From an uncultured Rhodobacteraceae bacterium (GTDB lineage: Bacteria; Pseudomonadota; Alphaproteobacteria; Rhodobacterales; Rhodobacteraceae): a DNA stretch of 64,000 bases. Numbering within the stretch: position 1 is the stretch's first letter; each line of letters starts with the position of its first letter. Below, one piece after another: positions 37,246 through 48,399 of this stretch. The stretch covers positions 156,531 through 220,530 of the forward strand of contig CANLQO010000004.1 in NCBI GenBank assembly GCA_947493335.1, given 5' to 3'. The notes under the pieces were generated by a model that saw nothing but the letters and a program-made list of their open reading frames with translations, made no database searches and was not told the DNA's origin. The position numbers were made by a program, and so were the translations under genes.

Positions 37246-38057
37246 AACCCCAGCGCTGCGTGTCGGTTCACGTCCTTGTACAGCAAATAGCGGAATGGCC
37301 CTTCGCCCGTGGCGCGACAGGCTTGCGGACAAAAGGCGCGCAGCCACATGTAATCCCCCGGACCAACGCTGACCCAATCATCGTTCAATCGGTATTCAGC
37401 GGTGCCCTCGAGCACATACAGCCCGTGTTCCATCACATGCGTTTCCATAAAGGGGATCACACCGCCCGGAAGGAAATTCACGATATTGACGTGCATGTCG
37501 TGCGCCATATCCGTTGGGCTGACAAAGCGCGTCGTGGACCAACGCCCGTCGGTGTCGGGCATTTCGATCACCGGGGCTTCTGTTTCATGCGTGACAAAAG
37601 CGGCAGGCGCCGCGACGTGGTCAGAGGGCACATAGGCCTTGCGCAGCCAATGAAACGTGACGGGGTCTGCATGGTCATTCCTGATCGTCCAGCCCGCGCC
37701 TGCGGGAAGATACGCATATGAACCGGGGCGCAGCAGATGGGTCTGCCCGTCAATCGTCAACTCACCATGACCTGCGACCACAAAAATCACGCCTTCAGCG
37801 CCGGGATGTACTTCTGGGCTGTCGCTGCCGCCCAGATGGTCAAGTTCCACGATGTAATGGCTGAACGTCTCGGCAAAGCCGGTCATGGGCCGGGCGATGA
37901 TCCACATCCGCATCCCGGTCCAGCCGGGCAGAAAGCTGGTTGTGATGTCGCGCATCGTGTCGGCGGGAATATAGGCGTAGGCCGCGGTAAAGACCGCGCG
38001 TTCATCCAGCGGCTTGTCCTGCGGCGGCAACCCGCCTGGTGGTGTCGCATATGTCAT
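37242..38057 (-). CDS. (S)-ureidoglycine aminohydrolase (bicupin)
   Basis: 271-aa ORF. The two-cupin architecture and the N-terminal AVFTAAYAYIPADTM motif resemble UGlyAH/AllE. Confidence 0.8.
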   Translation of the reverse strand: MTYATPPGGLPPQDKPLDERAVFTAAYAYIPADTMRDITTSFLPGWTGMRMWIIARPMTGFAETFSHYIVELDHLGGSDSPEVHPGAEGVIFVVAGHGELTIDGQTHLLRPGSYAYLPAGAGWTIRNDHADPVTFHWLRKAYVPSDHVAAPAAFVTHETEAPVIEMPDTDGRWSTTRFVSPTDMAHDMHVNIVNFLPGGVIPFMETHVMEHGLYVLEGTAEYRLNDDWVSVGPGDYMWLRAFCPQACRATGEGPFRYLLYKDVNRHAALGL

Positions 38058-38107
38058 AACTTTGACCCTTGTCGTTCCTTGACATTAAGGGGGCATCGCC
38101 CGGCAAT

Positions 38108-38135
38108 GAAAAGGGCCGATCTTTTGATCGGCCCC
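38108..38135 (-). terminator. Rho-independent terminator of ftsK
   Basis: On the minus strand: GGGCCGATC AAAA GATCGGCCC followed by TTTT. Confidence 0.85.
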
Positions 38136-38162
38136 TTCAAGACTTGTGATGAATGCGGATTT

Positions 38163-41135
38163 CTAATGCTGCTCTGGCACCAAAATCTCACGCTTGCCCA
38201 CGTGGTTCGCGGCAGAGACGACGCCTTCGTCTTCCATCTGCTCAACCAGACGCGCCGCCTTGTTATAACCAATGGCAAGTTTGCGCTGGATGTAGCTGGT
38301 CGAACATTTGCGATCCTTGATCACGATGGCTACGGCCGTGTCATAAAGCGCGTTTTCGCTGTCGGATCCGTCACCCAAACCCAACACCAGATCAATGCTG
38401 CTTTCCGCATCTTCATCGGGGCCATCGACCACACCGGACATGTATTCTGGCGGACCGAAACCCTTGAGGAAGTTGACGATTTCCTCGACCTCCTCATCGC
38501 TACAGAACGGCCCATGCACGCGGGTAATCTTGGACCCACCCGCCATGTACAGCATGTCGCCCATGCCCAATAGCTGCTCTGCGCCCATTTCACCCAGAAT
38601 GGTGCGGCTGTCGATTTTAGAGGTCACCTGGAACGAAATCCGCGTCGGGAAGTTCGCCTTAATCGTCCCGGTGATCACATCGACCGATGGGCGCTGCGTG
38701 GCCATGATCAGGTGGATACCTGACGCACGGGCCATTTGCGCCAGACGCTGAATGCAGGCCTCGATCTCTTTGCCGGCGACCATCATCAGGTCGGCCATCT
38801 CGTCCACGATCACAACGATATACGGCAGGATTTCGGGCTGGAACTCTTCCGTTTCAAAGACCGGATCGCCGGTTTCATCGTCAAAGCCGGTCTGCACCGT
38901 GCGGCTGAACATCTCGTCCTTGGCCAGCGCATCCTTCACCCGGCCATTGTAGCCGTCGATGTTGCGCACGCCCATCTTGGACATCTTGCGGTAACGTTCC
39001 TCCATCTCGCCAACGACCCACTTCAAGGCCACCACAGCTTTCTTTGGGTCGGTCACGACCGGCGAGAGGAGGTGCGGAATGCCGTCATAGACGGACAATT
39101 CCAGCATCTTGGGGTCGATCATGATCATCCGACACTCTTCCGGTGTCAGTTTATACAAGAGCGACAGGATCATGGTGTTGATCGCGACGGACTTACCCGA
39201 ACCTGTGGTCCCGGCGATCAGCAAGTGCGGCATCTTGGCAAGGTTGGCAATGATCGGCTCACCACCGATGTCCTTGCCCAGCGCCAGCGGCAATTTCTGG
39301 TTGCCATCGCCAAAGTCGCGGTGGCTCAGGATTTCGCGCAGGACCACCTTTTCGCGGTTCTCATTGGGCAATTCGATGCCGATGACCGAGCGGCCCGGCA
39401 CGGTCGAGACACGGGCAGACAGCGCCGACATGGAGCGTGCAATATCGTCTGCCAGACCGATCACGCGGCTGGCCTTAAGGCCCGGCGCAGGTTCCAGTTC
39501 ATACATGGTGACAACCGGGCCGGGACGGACGCTGACGATCTCGCCCTTCACACCGTAATCATCCAGCACGCTTTCCAACATGCGCGCGTTTTCTTCGAGC
39601 GCTTCATCGGACAAAACGTGGCGCTGGATCTCGACCGGGTTGGTCAAAAGGTTCAGCGGCGGGTGTTCGTAGTCGGCGTATTTGTCTTCAAACTGAAGCT
39701 TGGGCTGCGCTTCGGCCTTGGCCTGCTTTGAGGGCGCGGCCTTGGGGGTCGTGTGCACAACCTTTTTCGTGGCAGGCGCATCGGGGTTGAACAGTGGCTC
39801 TGCGACCAGCGGCTTTGCTTCGGTCTGCGGCATCGCACTGCGCTGATAGACCGAAGGTGCAGGCGTGGCAGCTGGCGTATCCTCAATCACCGGGTCCTCG
39901 ACCACGGCCATCTCGGTCACGTCGGGCTCTGCAGCCGGTGCATTTGTGTCAAGGATCATCGGACGCGGGCCCTTGCCTGCGGTCAGTGACGGTTCAATCC
40001 GCACGCCGGTTAGCGTGGGTGGCACGATCGGGGCGACACGGGCGCGGATCGCGTCGGAAATGCGGGCTTTGACCCTGTCTTCGCTGCCGGGCGTTTCGTC
40101 AAATGTGCGGGGTTCCTGTGCCACCAGTTCTGGATCCGGCATCGCGTCATTGCGGCGCAAAAGGCCCGACAGCAAGCCTTTTGGCGCTGGAGCGGGTTCA
40201 GGTGCGCGGGCTGGGGCAACCAGTGGCGGCTCTTCGGCGTAGCCTGCCGGGCGTACGACGGGCGGCATCTTGCGGGCATGCGGATCGGCGTCACGGGTCG
40301 GCATGACGGGGTTGGCGCGTACAACAGCAGCTGCCCGGGCCTTGACGTCAGGATCGGGGATCAGGGCGCGCGCGGCCTCTTCTTCTGCTGCTTCGCGCGC
40401 CATCGCTTCACGCGTTGCGCGGCGTTCTTCCATCCGGGCCGCCATGCCAGAGCGCAGACCATCTGCCATCTTGGCAGAGGCACCCGCACCGCTTCCCAAA
40501 ACCTTGAGGATCCCGGCATAGAGCATCACCGTACCCAGCAGCACAAACCGTCCACCAACGCGCAGCTCTGGCCGTGTGAAGCCCAGCGCGAAGGCCAAAA
40601 GCGCCAATGAAATCAATCCGGTGACCAGAGACATCAGCTTGATCGAGAAGACGTCGCCAAAAGGCACAACAGTCAAAACGACCCCAAGTGCAGTGTCACC
40701 CACCATGCCGCCAAGGCCAAAGTTCGGCGGCCATGCGGCCCCCGGCACCAATGTCGCGGCATAGACGGAAGCCGCTGCAATCGCCATCGGCGCATAAAGC
40801 AGCCGACCAATTGCGCGGTCCTGGCCCCAGTGGCCGACAAAGCGCAGACCCCATGCGATCAAAACCATCGGCAGGACCCAAATCCCCTTACCCACCACCA
40901 TCATCAGCGGGGCCGCGGTCGAGGCGCCAAAGCGACCCAGCCAATTTTGCACGGGCGCGTCGGTGGCGGAGATCCAGCTTGGATCGTCAGGCGTGTAGCT
41001 GATGAACATCGCAGCGGCCATCAGGCCCATCACAATCAGGCCAATCCCCAACAACTCCTTGCTACGTTTTTCCAACGCAGCCTGCGTGTCGCTGTCCAAA
41101 AGCGGGTCGCGCTGCCGTGATTGATAAGATGCCAT
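38163..41135 (-). CDS. ftsK: DNA translocase FtsK
   Basis: 990-aa ORF. N-terminal TM bundle, Pro/Ala-rich linker, motor domain with Walker [10 protein letters not shown]-terminal gamma wHTH domain. Confidence 0.95.
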   Translation of the reverse strand: MASYQSRQRDPLLDSDTQAALEKRSKELLGIGLIVMGLMAAAMFISYTPDDPSWISATDAPVQNWLGRFGASTAAPLMMVVGKGIWVLPMVLIAWGLRFVGHWGQDRAIGRLLYAPMAIAAASVYAATLVPGAAWPPNFGLGGMVGDTALGVVLTVVPFGDVFSIKLMSLVTGLISLALLAFALGFTRPELRVGGRFVLLGTVMLYAGILKVLGSGAGASAKMADGLRSGMAARMEERRATREAMAREAAEEEAARALIPDPDVKARAAAVVRANPVMPTRDADPHARKMPPVVRPAGYAEEPPLVAPARAPEPAPAPKGLLSGLLRRNDAMPDPELVAQEPRTFDETPGSEDRVKARISDAIRARVAPIVPPTLTGVRIEPSLTAGKGPRPMILDTNAPAAEPDVTEMAVVEDPVIEDTPAATPAPSVYQRSAMPQTEAKPLVAEPLFNPDAPATKKVVHTTPKAAPSKQAKAEAQPKLQFEDKYADYEHPPLNLLTNPVEIQRHVLSDEALEENARMLESVLDDYGVKGEIVSVRPGPVVTMYELEPAPGLKASRVIGLADDIARSMSALSARVSTVPGRSVIGIELPNENREKVVLREILSHRDFGDGNQKLPLALGKDIGGEPIIANLAKMPHLLIAGTTGSGKSVAINTMILSLLYKLTPEECRMIMIDPKMLELSVYDGIPHLLSPVVTDPKKAVVALKWVVGEMEERYRKMSKMGVRNIDGYNGRVKDALAKDEMFSRTVQTGFDDETGDPVFETEEFQPEILPYIVVIVDEMADLMMVAGKEIEACIQRLAQMARASGIHLIMATQRPSVDVITGTIKANFPTRISFQVTSKIDSRTILGEMGAEQLLGMGDMLYMAGGSKITRVHGPFCSDEEVEEIVNFLKGFGPPEYMSGVVDGPDEDAESSIDLVLGLGDGSDSENALYDTAVAIVIKDRKCSTSYIQRKLAIGYNKAARLVEQMEDEGVVSAANHVGKREILVPEQH

Positions 41136-41147
41136 GCTACTCTTCCC

Positions 41148-42326
41148 TTAGTTCGTGATGCAGTCGCGGATCGCTTCCAATCCGCGCTGCACGTCTTGTT
41201 TTGGGGCGACAAGGGCCACCCGAACATAGTTCGCACCGGGGTTCCCGGCCTTTGTGTCGCGGCTGAGGTAGGCCCCCGGCAATGTCCGCACGCCGGTATC
41301 CCGCCATAGTTTCAGCGCTGTCGCCTCGCCATCGCCCACGGGCAACCACAGGAAAAATCCCGCAGGCGGTGACCGATAGCCGGGCAAATTTCCCAGAACT
41401 TCATCCGCCACATCGAATTTCTCGGTATAAAGGGCACGGCTCGCGGCCACGTGCGCGTCATCGGCCCATGCCCGCGCCGATACCGCCTGAACCGGGCCGG
41501 GAACCGGTGCACCAGCGTAGGCGCGCAAGGATCTGATCCGCTTTATGTTTTCAGGGCCGCTGGCCACGAAACCCGACCGCAAGCCGGCGAGGTTTGACCG
41601 TTTGGACAGCGAATGGAAGCTGACAACGCGTTCCGGATCAGCGCCGACCGCCCTGGCCACCTCCAGCGCGCCCACAGGCGGCATTTCGCGATAGACCTCG
41701 GCATAGCACTCATCGGCGAAAATAATGAAATCGTGCTTTTCGGCCAAAGCAATCAGTCCAGACCAATAGGCCGCATCAGCAACGGCCCCTTGCGGGTTCG
41801 CGGGGCTGCAGATGTAGGCAATCGCGGTGCGGTCCAGCACATCGGCGGGCAGGCTTTCAAAATCGGGCAGATGGCCATTCTCTGCGGTGGCATTCACATA
41901 GATCGGCTCTGCCCCAACCGACAAAGCCGCGACTGCGTAAACCTGATAGAATGGGTTTGGGGTAAGGACCGCAGGCTTCTGGCCGTTCTTCTGCTCTGGG
42001 CAAAGCGCCATGGCTGCGTTGTAAAGCGCCTCTCGCGTGCCATTTGCAACGATCAGGTTTTCATGCGCCATATCAACGTCATAGCGACGCTTCAGATAGC
42101 CCGAGATCGCATCCAAAAGTGGTGGTTCGCCGTTGTTGTCTGGATACTTCTTGAACCGGTTGAGGTCATCGGCCAGCACCTCGCCCACAAAATCGGGGAA
42201 ATCGTGCTGGGGTTCACCAATGGTCATGTTGATCACGTCACCGCCCGGCTGGACAGCATCCAGCAGCCCACGCAAACGGGGCCACGTCGCAACCGGAAGG
42301 TTCGCAAACCGCTCAGGGTAAACCAT
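41148..42326 (-). CDS. Class I/II PLP-dependent aminotransferase
   Basis: 392-aa ORF. The pattern NPANPQG-like (SPANPQGAV) and SLSKRSNLAGLRSG (PLP lysine) is present. Confidence 0.85.
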   Translation of the reverse strand: MVYPERFANLPVATWPRLRGLLDAVQPGGDVINMTIGEPQHDFPDFVGEVLADDLNRFKKYPDNNGEPPLLDAISGYLKRRYDVDMAHENLIVANGTREALYNAAMALCPEQKNGQKPAVLTPNPFYQVYAVAALSVGAEPIYVNATAENGHLPDFESLPADVLDRTAIAYICSPANPQGAVADAAYWSGLIALAEKHDFIIFADECYAEVYREMPPVGALEVARAVGADPERVVSFHSLSKRSNLAGLRSGFVASGPENIKRIRSLRAYAGAPVPGPVQAVSARAWADDAHVAASRALYTEKFDVADEVLGNLPGYRSPPAGFFLWLPVGDGEATALKLWRDTGVRTLPGAYLSRDTKAGNPGANYVRVALVAPKQDVQRGLEAIRDCITN

Positions 42327-42446
42327 AACTGCCTCAACTTACGGGATCATTTTCGCCCCGCTTTGGGTGCAGAGTAGCCCGAGGCAGCGCGGCCTGTCCA
42401 GAATAAGGCAGGTCGAGACAGCGCGAAGCGGGCAAAATTGTGTCTT

Positions 42447-43778
42447 TTAGGCCAGCGCCTGTTCGGCGGCGGCAGAAAGCCGCAAAAGCCGGTCGTCTTG
42501 ACCGCCCGGTACGTTCAGCATGATCCCACAGGACGGCACACCCGTCGGCAGCGTCAGCGATGCGCCCCCCATCAGGTTCATCACCCGCGTATTGCGCAGC
42601 GCGAGCAGGTTTTCGGCCTTGTAGTAATCCTCGTCGCTCAACAATCGGGCGACATTGGGTGGCAAAATGGGGGCCGACGGCATGATGACGGCTTCATAGC
42701 CCGCGGTGGCCTCCGCATAATCCGCCCGAATAACTTGCAGCCGCTGCCAAGCCGCGACGTAATCTGCTGCCATCACATCCCGCCCCGCCCTGATCCGTTC
42801 AAGGATTTGCGGGAACATCTTGTCAGGTGCGGCCTCTACCCGGTCGCGCCACCAGGCATAGCTATCGGCTGTATAAAGGACGCCTGCATAGCCAAAGGCC
42901 TCTGACATCGCCGGAAAGTCGAAGACTTCGACATGCGCCCCGGCGTTTTGCAGGCGTTCCTTGGCCGAGGTAAATGCCGCCCGGGGCGCGTCGCGCAAGT
43001 CCTCCATGGCAATGGTGTTCAGGATTCCAAAACGAACGCCCTTCAGCGTGGCGCCTGTCAGATCAGGGGCTTTAGAGCCTTCCATCGCAGCAGTCAAAAG
43101 GGCCGCGTCCGTGACAGAACGGCAAAGCGGCCCGACGGTATCGAAAGTCAGACAAAGCGGCACAACATTCCCAAGCGACAGCCGTCCATGGGTCGTTTTG
43201 AAGCCGACAATATCGTTCCAGGCTGCGGGTATCCGCACCGAACCGCCGGTATCCGATCCGATGCCCGCGGCAGCCAATCCAAAGGCGACGGAGGCTGCGG
43301 CACCCGAGGATGAACCGCCTGCCACAGCCTCAACATCATTGATGCAGGGTGGCGTGGCGGTCATCGGGTTCAGGCCCAGCCCTGAAAAGGCGATTTCGGA
43401 CAGATGGGTTTTGCCCAGGCAGACCAGACCGGCGGAACTTGCGTTTTCAAGCACCTCTGCGTCGGCATCTGGCACCCGACCTTCCATCAGCTTGGTGCCT
43501 GCCTCTGTCCCAATCCCTGCCGTGTCAAAGAGGTCTTTCCAACTGATTGGCACGCCATCAAGCGGGCCGCGACGCAGGCCCGTCCTGGCCCGTTCGCCTG
43601 CGGCTTTCGCTTCTGCCCGGGCGCGATCATGCGTCACGCGAGCGTAGATGCGGTCGCGGTATTCGTGGGCATCGATTGCGGACAAAAAGACCTCTGTCAG
43701 GTCCACCGGATTGATCTCACCTGCAGCAATACCTTGCCCAAGTGCCTCTGCCGTCATCCACCGCCATTGATCCATCAT
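42447..43778 (-). CDS. Amidase (amidase-signature family)
   Basis: Start region ATGATG at 43778/43775 after GGAGGA. AS signature GGSSSGAAASVA and catalytic Ser-cisSer-Lys context. Confidence 0.85.
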   Translation of the reverse strand: MMDQWRWMTAEALGQGIAAGEINPVDLTEVFLSAIDAHEYRDRIYARVTHDRARAEAKAAGERARTGLRRGPLDGVPISWKDLFDTAGIGTEAGTKLMEGRVPDADAEVLENASSAGLVCLGKTHLSEIAFSGLGLNPMTATPPCINDVEAVAGGSSSGAAASVAFGLAAAGIGSDTGGSVRIPAAWNDIVGFKTTHGRLSLGNVVPLCLTFDTVGPLCRSVTDAALLTAAMEGSKAPDLTGATLKGVRFGILNTIAMEDLRDAPRAAFTSAKERLQNAGAHVEVFDFPAMSEAFGYAGVLYTADSYAWWRDRVEAAPDKMFPQILERIRAGRDVMAADYVAAWQRLQVIRADYAEATAGYEAVIMPSAPILPPNVARLLSDEDYYKAENLLALRNTRVMNLMGGASLTLPTGVPSCGIMLNVPGGQDDRLLRLSAAAEQALA

Positions 43779-43854
43779 ATCCTCCGTCCTTGGCGCGACG
43801 GTAGCGGGCGCATGTCGCATGGACAATCCCGCGCGCATCCCCATATTGCGCGGC

Positions 43855-45060
43855 ATGGATGCGGATATCATCATCGTCGGCGGCGGACTGAATGGCCCGG
43901 CCCTTGCCCTGGCCACTGCGCAGGCTGGGTTTCGCGTGACCATCATCGACGCTTTGCCCTTGAACACCCGCAAGGACCCGGCGTTTGACGGGCGGTCCTA
44001 CGCGCTGGCGCTTGGGTCGCAACGCCTGCTCAGGGGCATTGGCATCTGGCCCGCCATCGCCGATGACGCGCAATCGATGCTTGAGATCAAGGTCACAGAT
44101 GGTCGCGCGGGCGAAGGGCCAAGCCCTTGGATGATGCACTTTGACCATGCTGAAATAGAAGAAGGCCCAATGGGCTATATGGTCGAAGACCGGCACCTGC
44201 GGCGCGCCTTTCTGGATGCCATGGCTGCGGATGATCGGATCACGCATATGGCCGGTGAAACTGTCGTGGATCAAGCGGTTGGCACGACTGCAGACGTTTC
44301 ATTGGCCAGCGGTGCTACGCTGACGGGCAAGGTGCTGATCGGGTCGGATGGCCGTGCCTCTGGCACTGCTGCGCGCGCCGGGATCAAGCGCACTGGTTGG
44401 GGCTATGACCAGACTGCTTTGGTCTGTTGTGTCGCCCATGAAAAGCCGCATGACGGCATCGCGCATCAGTTCTTTATGCCCGGCGGGCCACTTGCGATCC
44501 TGCCGCTGACCGGGAACCGCAGTGCCATCGTCTGGTCAGAAGAGGCGACACGTGCCAAGACGCTCGCCGCCTTGGATGATGACGCATTCCTTGCGGCGCT
44601 CAAACCCGCCTTCGGCAGCTTTTTGGGAGAGATTTCCCTGACTGGCGCGCGCTTTACCTATCCGCTGGGGCTAACGCTCGCCGATAGCTTTATCGCTCCG
44701 CGTGTCGCCCTGATTGGCGACGCGGCCCACGGCGTACATCCGATTGCCGGCCAGGGTCTGAATGCAGGCCTGCGCGATGTCGCCGCGCTTGCGCAGGTCC
44801 TGACTGAAGCGCAGCGCCGAGGCGAGGACATTGGCGCACCGCTGGTGTTAGAACGATACCAGACATGGCGCCGACCAGATGCTGCCAAACTGGCGCTGGC
44901 CACAGATACATTCAACCGTCTGTTTTCAAACGATAACCCGCTCCTGCGCGCCGCACGCGATCTTGGGATGGGGGCCATCAATGCCATGCCCGGGCTGCGC
45001 CGAAGCTTCATTCGGGAGGCCGCTGGCCTCAACGGTGAACTGCCCGCGCTGATGCGCTAG
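43855..45060 (+). CDS. UbiH/UbiF/VisC/COQ6 family ubiquinone biosynthesis hydroxylase
   Basis: Start trimmed to ATG 43855 ([20 protein letters not shown]). Flavin monooxygenase motifs, including the LIGDAAH-type motif ([18 protein letters not shown]). Confidence 0.85.
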   Translation: MDADIIIVGGGLNGPALALATAQAGFRVTIIDALPLNTRKDPAFDGRSYALALGSQRLLRGIGIWPAIADDAQSMLEIKVTDGRAGEGPSPWMMHFDHAEIEEGPMGYMVEDRHLRRAFLDAMAADDRITHMAGETVVDQAVGTTADVSLASGATLTGKVLIGSDGRASGTAARAGIKRTGWGYDQTALVCCVAHEKPHDGIAHQFFMPGGPLAILPLTGNRSAIVWSEEATRAKTLAALDDDAFLAALKPAFGSFLGEISLTGARFTYPLGLTLADSFIAPRVALIGDAAHGVHPIAGQGLNAGLRDVAALAQVLTEAQRRGEDIGAPLVLERYQTWRRPDAAKLALATDTFNRLFSNDNPLLRAARDLGMGAINAMPGLRRSFIREAAGLNGELPALMR

Positions 45061-45233
45061 TCCAACACCCGCGCTTCATCGACCAGCATGACAGGGATGC
45101 CATCGCGGATCGGATAGGCGAGCCCGGCCTGTTTTGACACCAGTTCCTGGTTTTCGGCGTCATAGCGCAGCGTTGCCTGCGTCTGTGGGCACACCAGCGC
45201 CTCGACCATTTTGGGATCAAATTCGTCGCTCAT
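45057..45233 (-). CDS. Trm112 family protein (UPF0434)
   Basis: Not in the ORF track (58 aa). Product is [58 protein letters not shown]. The ATG overlaps the upstream stop (ATGA). Its TAG shares a CTAG with the ubiH-family stop. Confidence 0.85.
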   Translation of the reverse strand: MSDEFDPKMVEALVCPQTQATLRYDAENQELVSKQAGLAYPIRDGIPVMLVDEARVLD

Positions 45234-45868
45234 TGCATCACCTCGTTGGCGTCACCGCGTCTTAGCGCAAATTCGATCAGGGTGACCAGCGTCTCGCGTC
45301 GGGTCGTCAGCGAGGGCGCTTCCAGCAGGGCCTGTTTATCTTCAGGATCAAAGGGACATAGCATCGAGAGTGAATTGATCAGCAATTCGTCCTCTGCCTC
45401 TCCCAGCGACTCCCAATCGGTCTTGAGCCCCTGATCGTCGAAGAACCGCCCAAGCAGGTCCATGAAATCATCTCGCTGAAAGCCGGGGTCAAGTTCCACT
45501 TGTCCCAGATCACGTTCAAACCCGGACCAATCCACTGTGCACCGGCGGTATGGCGTAAAACCATCCACCTCTTTCTGGATCCGAAACCGCGACATGCCCG
45601 AAAGCGTCACCATATAGCGGCCATCCTCTGTCTCGGAAAACGCAGTTAACCGCCCTGCGCAGCCAATGCTGTGCAGCGTTCCTGCCGCACCGGGGGCGTC
45701 ATAGGGCTGCACCATGCCAATCAGGCGGTCCTGCGTTTTCAACACGTCATCCAACATCGCCAGATAGCGTGGCTCAAAAATATGAAGCGGCAGTCGCGCA
45801 CGCGGCAGCAAAAGTGCACCGGGCAAGGGAAAGACCGGGATCGTCTCTGGCAGGTCGGTCGGTGTCAT
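45230..45868 (-). CDS. LON peptidase substrate-binding (Lon N-terminal) domain protein
   Basis: [32 protein letters not shown] is the Lon N-domain signature. 212 aa, with no ATPase or protease part. Confidence 0.85.
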   Translation of the reverse strand: MTPTDLPETIPVFPLPGALLLPRARLPLHIFEPRYLAMLDDVLKTQDRLIGMVQPYDAPGAAGTLHSIGCAGRLTAFSETEDGRYMVTLSGMSRFRIQKEVDGFTPYRRCTVDWSGFERDLGQVELDPGFQRDDFMDLLGRFFDDQGLKTDWESLGEAEDELLINSLSMLCPFDPEDKQALLEAPSLTTRRETLVTLIEFALRRGDANEVMQ

Positions 45869-45894
45869 ACGATGAAGTTAGCCCGCCAATGGGA

Positions 45895-46803
45895 TCAGGC
45901 AAATATCATCGACGACAATTTGCGGCGCCCGTTCAGCGCGATGGGATCCTTGGCGTCGAGCGCATCAAACACCTTGAAAAGCTGCGCCTTTGCGGCGCCG
46001 TCATTCCACTCTCGGTCGCGGCGGAAAAGCTCCAAAAGCGCATCGACAGCATCCTCTGTCTGGCCCGCCGCATGCAATGCGGTCGCCAGATCAAGGCGTG
46101 CCTGATGGTTGTCGGGGTCCGCCTCGACCTGCGCCTGCAACTCGGCCACAGGTCCCGCATCCGCCGCTTCGCGCGCAAGTGCGATCTGGGCCGCGACAGC
46201 CTCTAACAACGGATCGGTTGAGATTTCGGCCGGCGCGCCATTCAGGATCGCCTCGGCCTGATCGACATCGTCCAGCGCCAGATAGGCCTTGACCAGACCG
46301 GCGTAGGCCGCGGCATTGTTGGGGTCTTCCTGCAGGATCGCGGCAAATGTCTCTGCCGCATCAGAAGCGGCGCCTTCTTCCAGCATCGCCTCGGCAGCCG
46401 CGATGGCGTCCGCAAGACCATTGTCCGGCTCGCCAGCAAGGGAAGCCACCTTTTCGACAAAGGCATTCACTTCGGATGCAGGCAGTGCCCCCTGAAACCC
46501 GTCAACCGGCTGGCCCTGATAAAAGGCATAAACCGTCGGGATCGATTGCACGCGAAGCTGACCAGCATAGCCCGGGTTGGCATCAACGTCGATCTTGACC
46601 AGTTTCACGCGCCCGCCCGCCGCTGTCACAGCCGCCTCAATTGCTGGGCCAAGTGTCTTGCAAGGGCCGCACCAAGGGGCCCAGAAGTCGACGATGACAG
46701 GTACCGTCTGCGATGTCTCGATCACATCCTGCATGAAGGTGTTGTCGCTGCCGTCGATGATGTTGTCGCCTGCAGGGGCCTGCGTTTGGCCAAGTTCCAG
46801 CAT
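45895..46803 (-). CDS. Thioredoxin domain + TPR co-chaperone (YbbN-like)
   Basis: Start trimmed to ATG 46803. FWAPWCGPCK active site followed by a TPR-like helical domain. Confidence 0.9.
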   Translation of the reverse strand: MLELGQTQAPAGDNIIDGSDNTFMQDVIETSQTVPVIVDFWAPWCGPCKTLGPAIEAAVTAAGGRVKLVKIDVDANPGYAGQLRVQSIPTVYAFYQGQPVDGFQGALPASEVNAFVEKVASLAGEPDNGLADAIAAAEAMLEEGAASDAAETFAAILQEDPNNAAAYAGLVKAYLALDDVDQAEAILNGAPAEISTDPLLEAVAAQIALAREAADAGPVAELQAQVEADPDNHQARLDLATALHAAGQTEDAVDALLELFRRDREWNDGAAKAQLFKVFDALDAKDPIALNGRRKLSSMIFA

Positions 46804-46900
46804 GTCAGCCTCCAGTTTCCGGTGTTGCGCCCTATATGTGCGCAAAGCGGGCAGAGTCCAAGGGGTAGCGTGCCGCGCGCCGCTGACCTAGGCTGGACCG

Positions 46901-47539
46901 ATGAAAACGATCCTGACTTTTGGCGACAGCAACACCTATGGCACCCCGCCCATGACCGAGCGTGGCACCGGCGCGCGGTTTGACGCCGCAACGCGCTGGC
47001 CGCAGGTCATGCGGGCCGCGTTAGACTGTAATCTGATTGAAGAGGGTCTGCCGGGACGCACGGCAAACCCCGTGACAGACCCCGTGATGGGGCCGCATAT
47101 GAACGGTCATCTGGGGTTGCGCATAGCACTGCAAAGTCACGGCCCGATTGATTTGCTGATGATCATGCTGGGCACTAACGATCAAAAGGCCCACTTTGGC
47201 CTGCCCCCCGAAGGCATCACCGCCGGTGTCGCAGGTCTTTTGGGGCTGGCACTTGGAGATGAATACCAAACGCGGCACAACGGCTTTCAGGTCCTGTTGA
47301 TCTGCCCGCCTGCCGTGAAAGAGGCTGGCGTTCTTGCTGCCGAGTTTCAGGGGGCTGCGATCAAAAGTCAGGAATTGCCCGCGCGCTATGCCGCGCTGGC
47401 GCAGGCGCGTGGTACCGGGTTTCTGGACGCGGGAACGATCATTCAAACCAGCGCAATCGACGGCGTCCACTTCGCCGCGGATGATCATGTCACGCTAGGT
47501 CAGGCCATCGCCGGGACATTGGCTTCTTCTGACGAATGA
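46901..47539 (+). CDS. SGNH/GDSL hydrolase family protein
   Basis: Block I MKTILTFGDSNTYG, block III GTND, C-terminal DGVH. Confidence 0.85.
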   Translation: MKTILTFGDSNTYGTPPMTERGTGARFDAATRWPQVMRAALDCNLIEEGLPGRTANPVTDPVMGPHMNGHLGLRIALQSHGPIDLLMIMLGTNDQKAHFGLPPEGITAGVAGLLGLALGDEYQTRHNGFQVLLICPPAVKEAGVLAAEFQGAAIKSQELPARYAALAQARGTGFLDAGTIIQTSAIDGVHFAADDHVTLGQAIAGTLASSDE

Positions 47540-47600
47540 ACCTGCGCCCATAGCCACGGAGGAAGTCGCCCCTTCCGTCCCGGAACGACATCAAGGCTCG

Positions 47601-48389
47601 CTAAAGATCAAACGTTGCGAAAACCGGGGCGTGGTCGCTTGGCTGCTCCCAACCGCGCACGTGGCGCAGAACCCGACTGGAATGTGCTGCGTTCGAGATG
47701 TCGGGTGTGGCCCAGACGTGATCCAGACGCCGCCCCTTATCTGCGGCATCCCAGTCAGGTGAACGATAGGACCACCAGCTGTAGAGCCGTCCATCGGGTA
47801 TGTCGGCACGGGTTACATCGACCCACTTTCCCGCATCCTGCACGTCGGCCAAATGCTCTACCTCGACGGGCGTGTGGCTGACGACCTTCAGCAGTTTCTT
47901 GTGGTCCCAAACGTCGTCTTCGCGCGGAGCAATATTCAGATCACCAACCAGAATTGATTTCTGTGGCGCAGTTGCGTGAAAGGCATCCCGCATCTCGGTC
48001 AGATAGTCGAGCTTTTGGCCGAATTTTTCGTTCACGGTCCGGTCCGGTTTGTCACCACCCGCAGGCACGTAGAAGTTATGGACCGTCACGCCATTCTCTA
48101 GCCGCCCAGCGATATGACGGGCGTGGCCCAGGTTTGCGTAGTCCTCGGCGCCCGCCTCTTCCATCGGCAGTTTGGAAAAGATGCCGACGCCATTGTAGCC
48201 CTTTTGCCCGCGCCCGACGAAGTGGTGGTAGCCAAGGCTTTGGAACTGCTCCATCGGGATCTTCTCAACGGGGCTTTTGCATTCCTGCAGGCACAACACA
48301 TCGGGGGCCTCTTCGCGCATCAATTGCGCAACAAGGTTTTCGCGCAAGCGCACAGAATTGATGTTCCAGGTTGCGAGGGTGAATGTCAT
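47601..48389 (-). CDS. xthA: Exodeoxyribonuclease III
   Basis: MTFTLATWNINSVRLR...LCLQECK...SDHAPV are EEP/ExoIII motifs. Confidence 0.95.
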   Translation of the reverse strand: MTFTLATWNINSVRLRENLVAQLMREEAPDVLCLQECKSPVEKIPMEQFQSLGYHHFVGRGQKGYNGVGIFSKLPMEEAGAEDYANLGHARHIAGRLENGVTVHNFYVPAGGDKPDRTVNEKFGQKLDYLTEMRDAFHATAPQKSILVGDLNIAPREDDVWDHKKLLKVVSHTPVEVEHLADVQDAGKWVDVTRADIPDGRLYSWWSYRSPDWDAADKGRRLDHVWATPDISNAAHSSRVLRHVRGWEQPSDHAPVFATFDL

Positions 48390-48399
48390 GGCAGGTCCT

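Noticed and set aside
45029-45220. 63-aa minus-strand ORF from the track.
   Set aside because: Its translation is Arg/Cys/Trp-rich nonsense. A different frame over the same DNA (45057-45233) encodes a textbook Trm112 protein.
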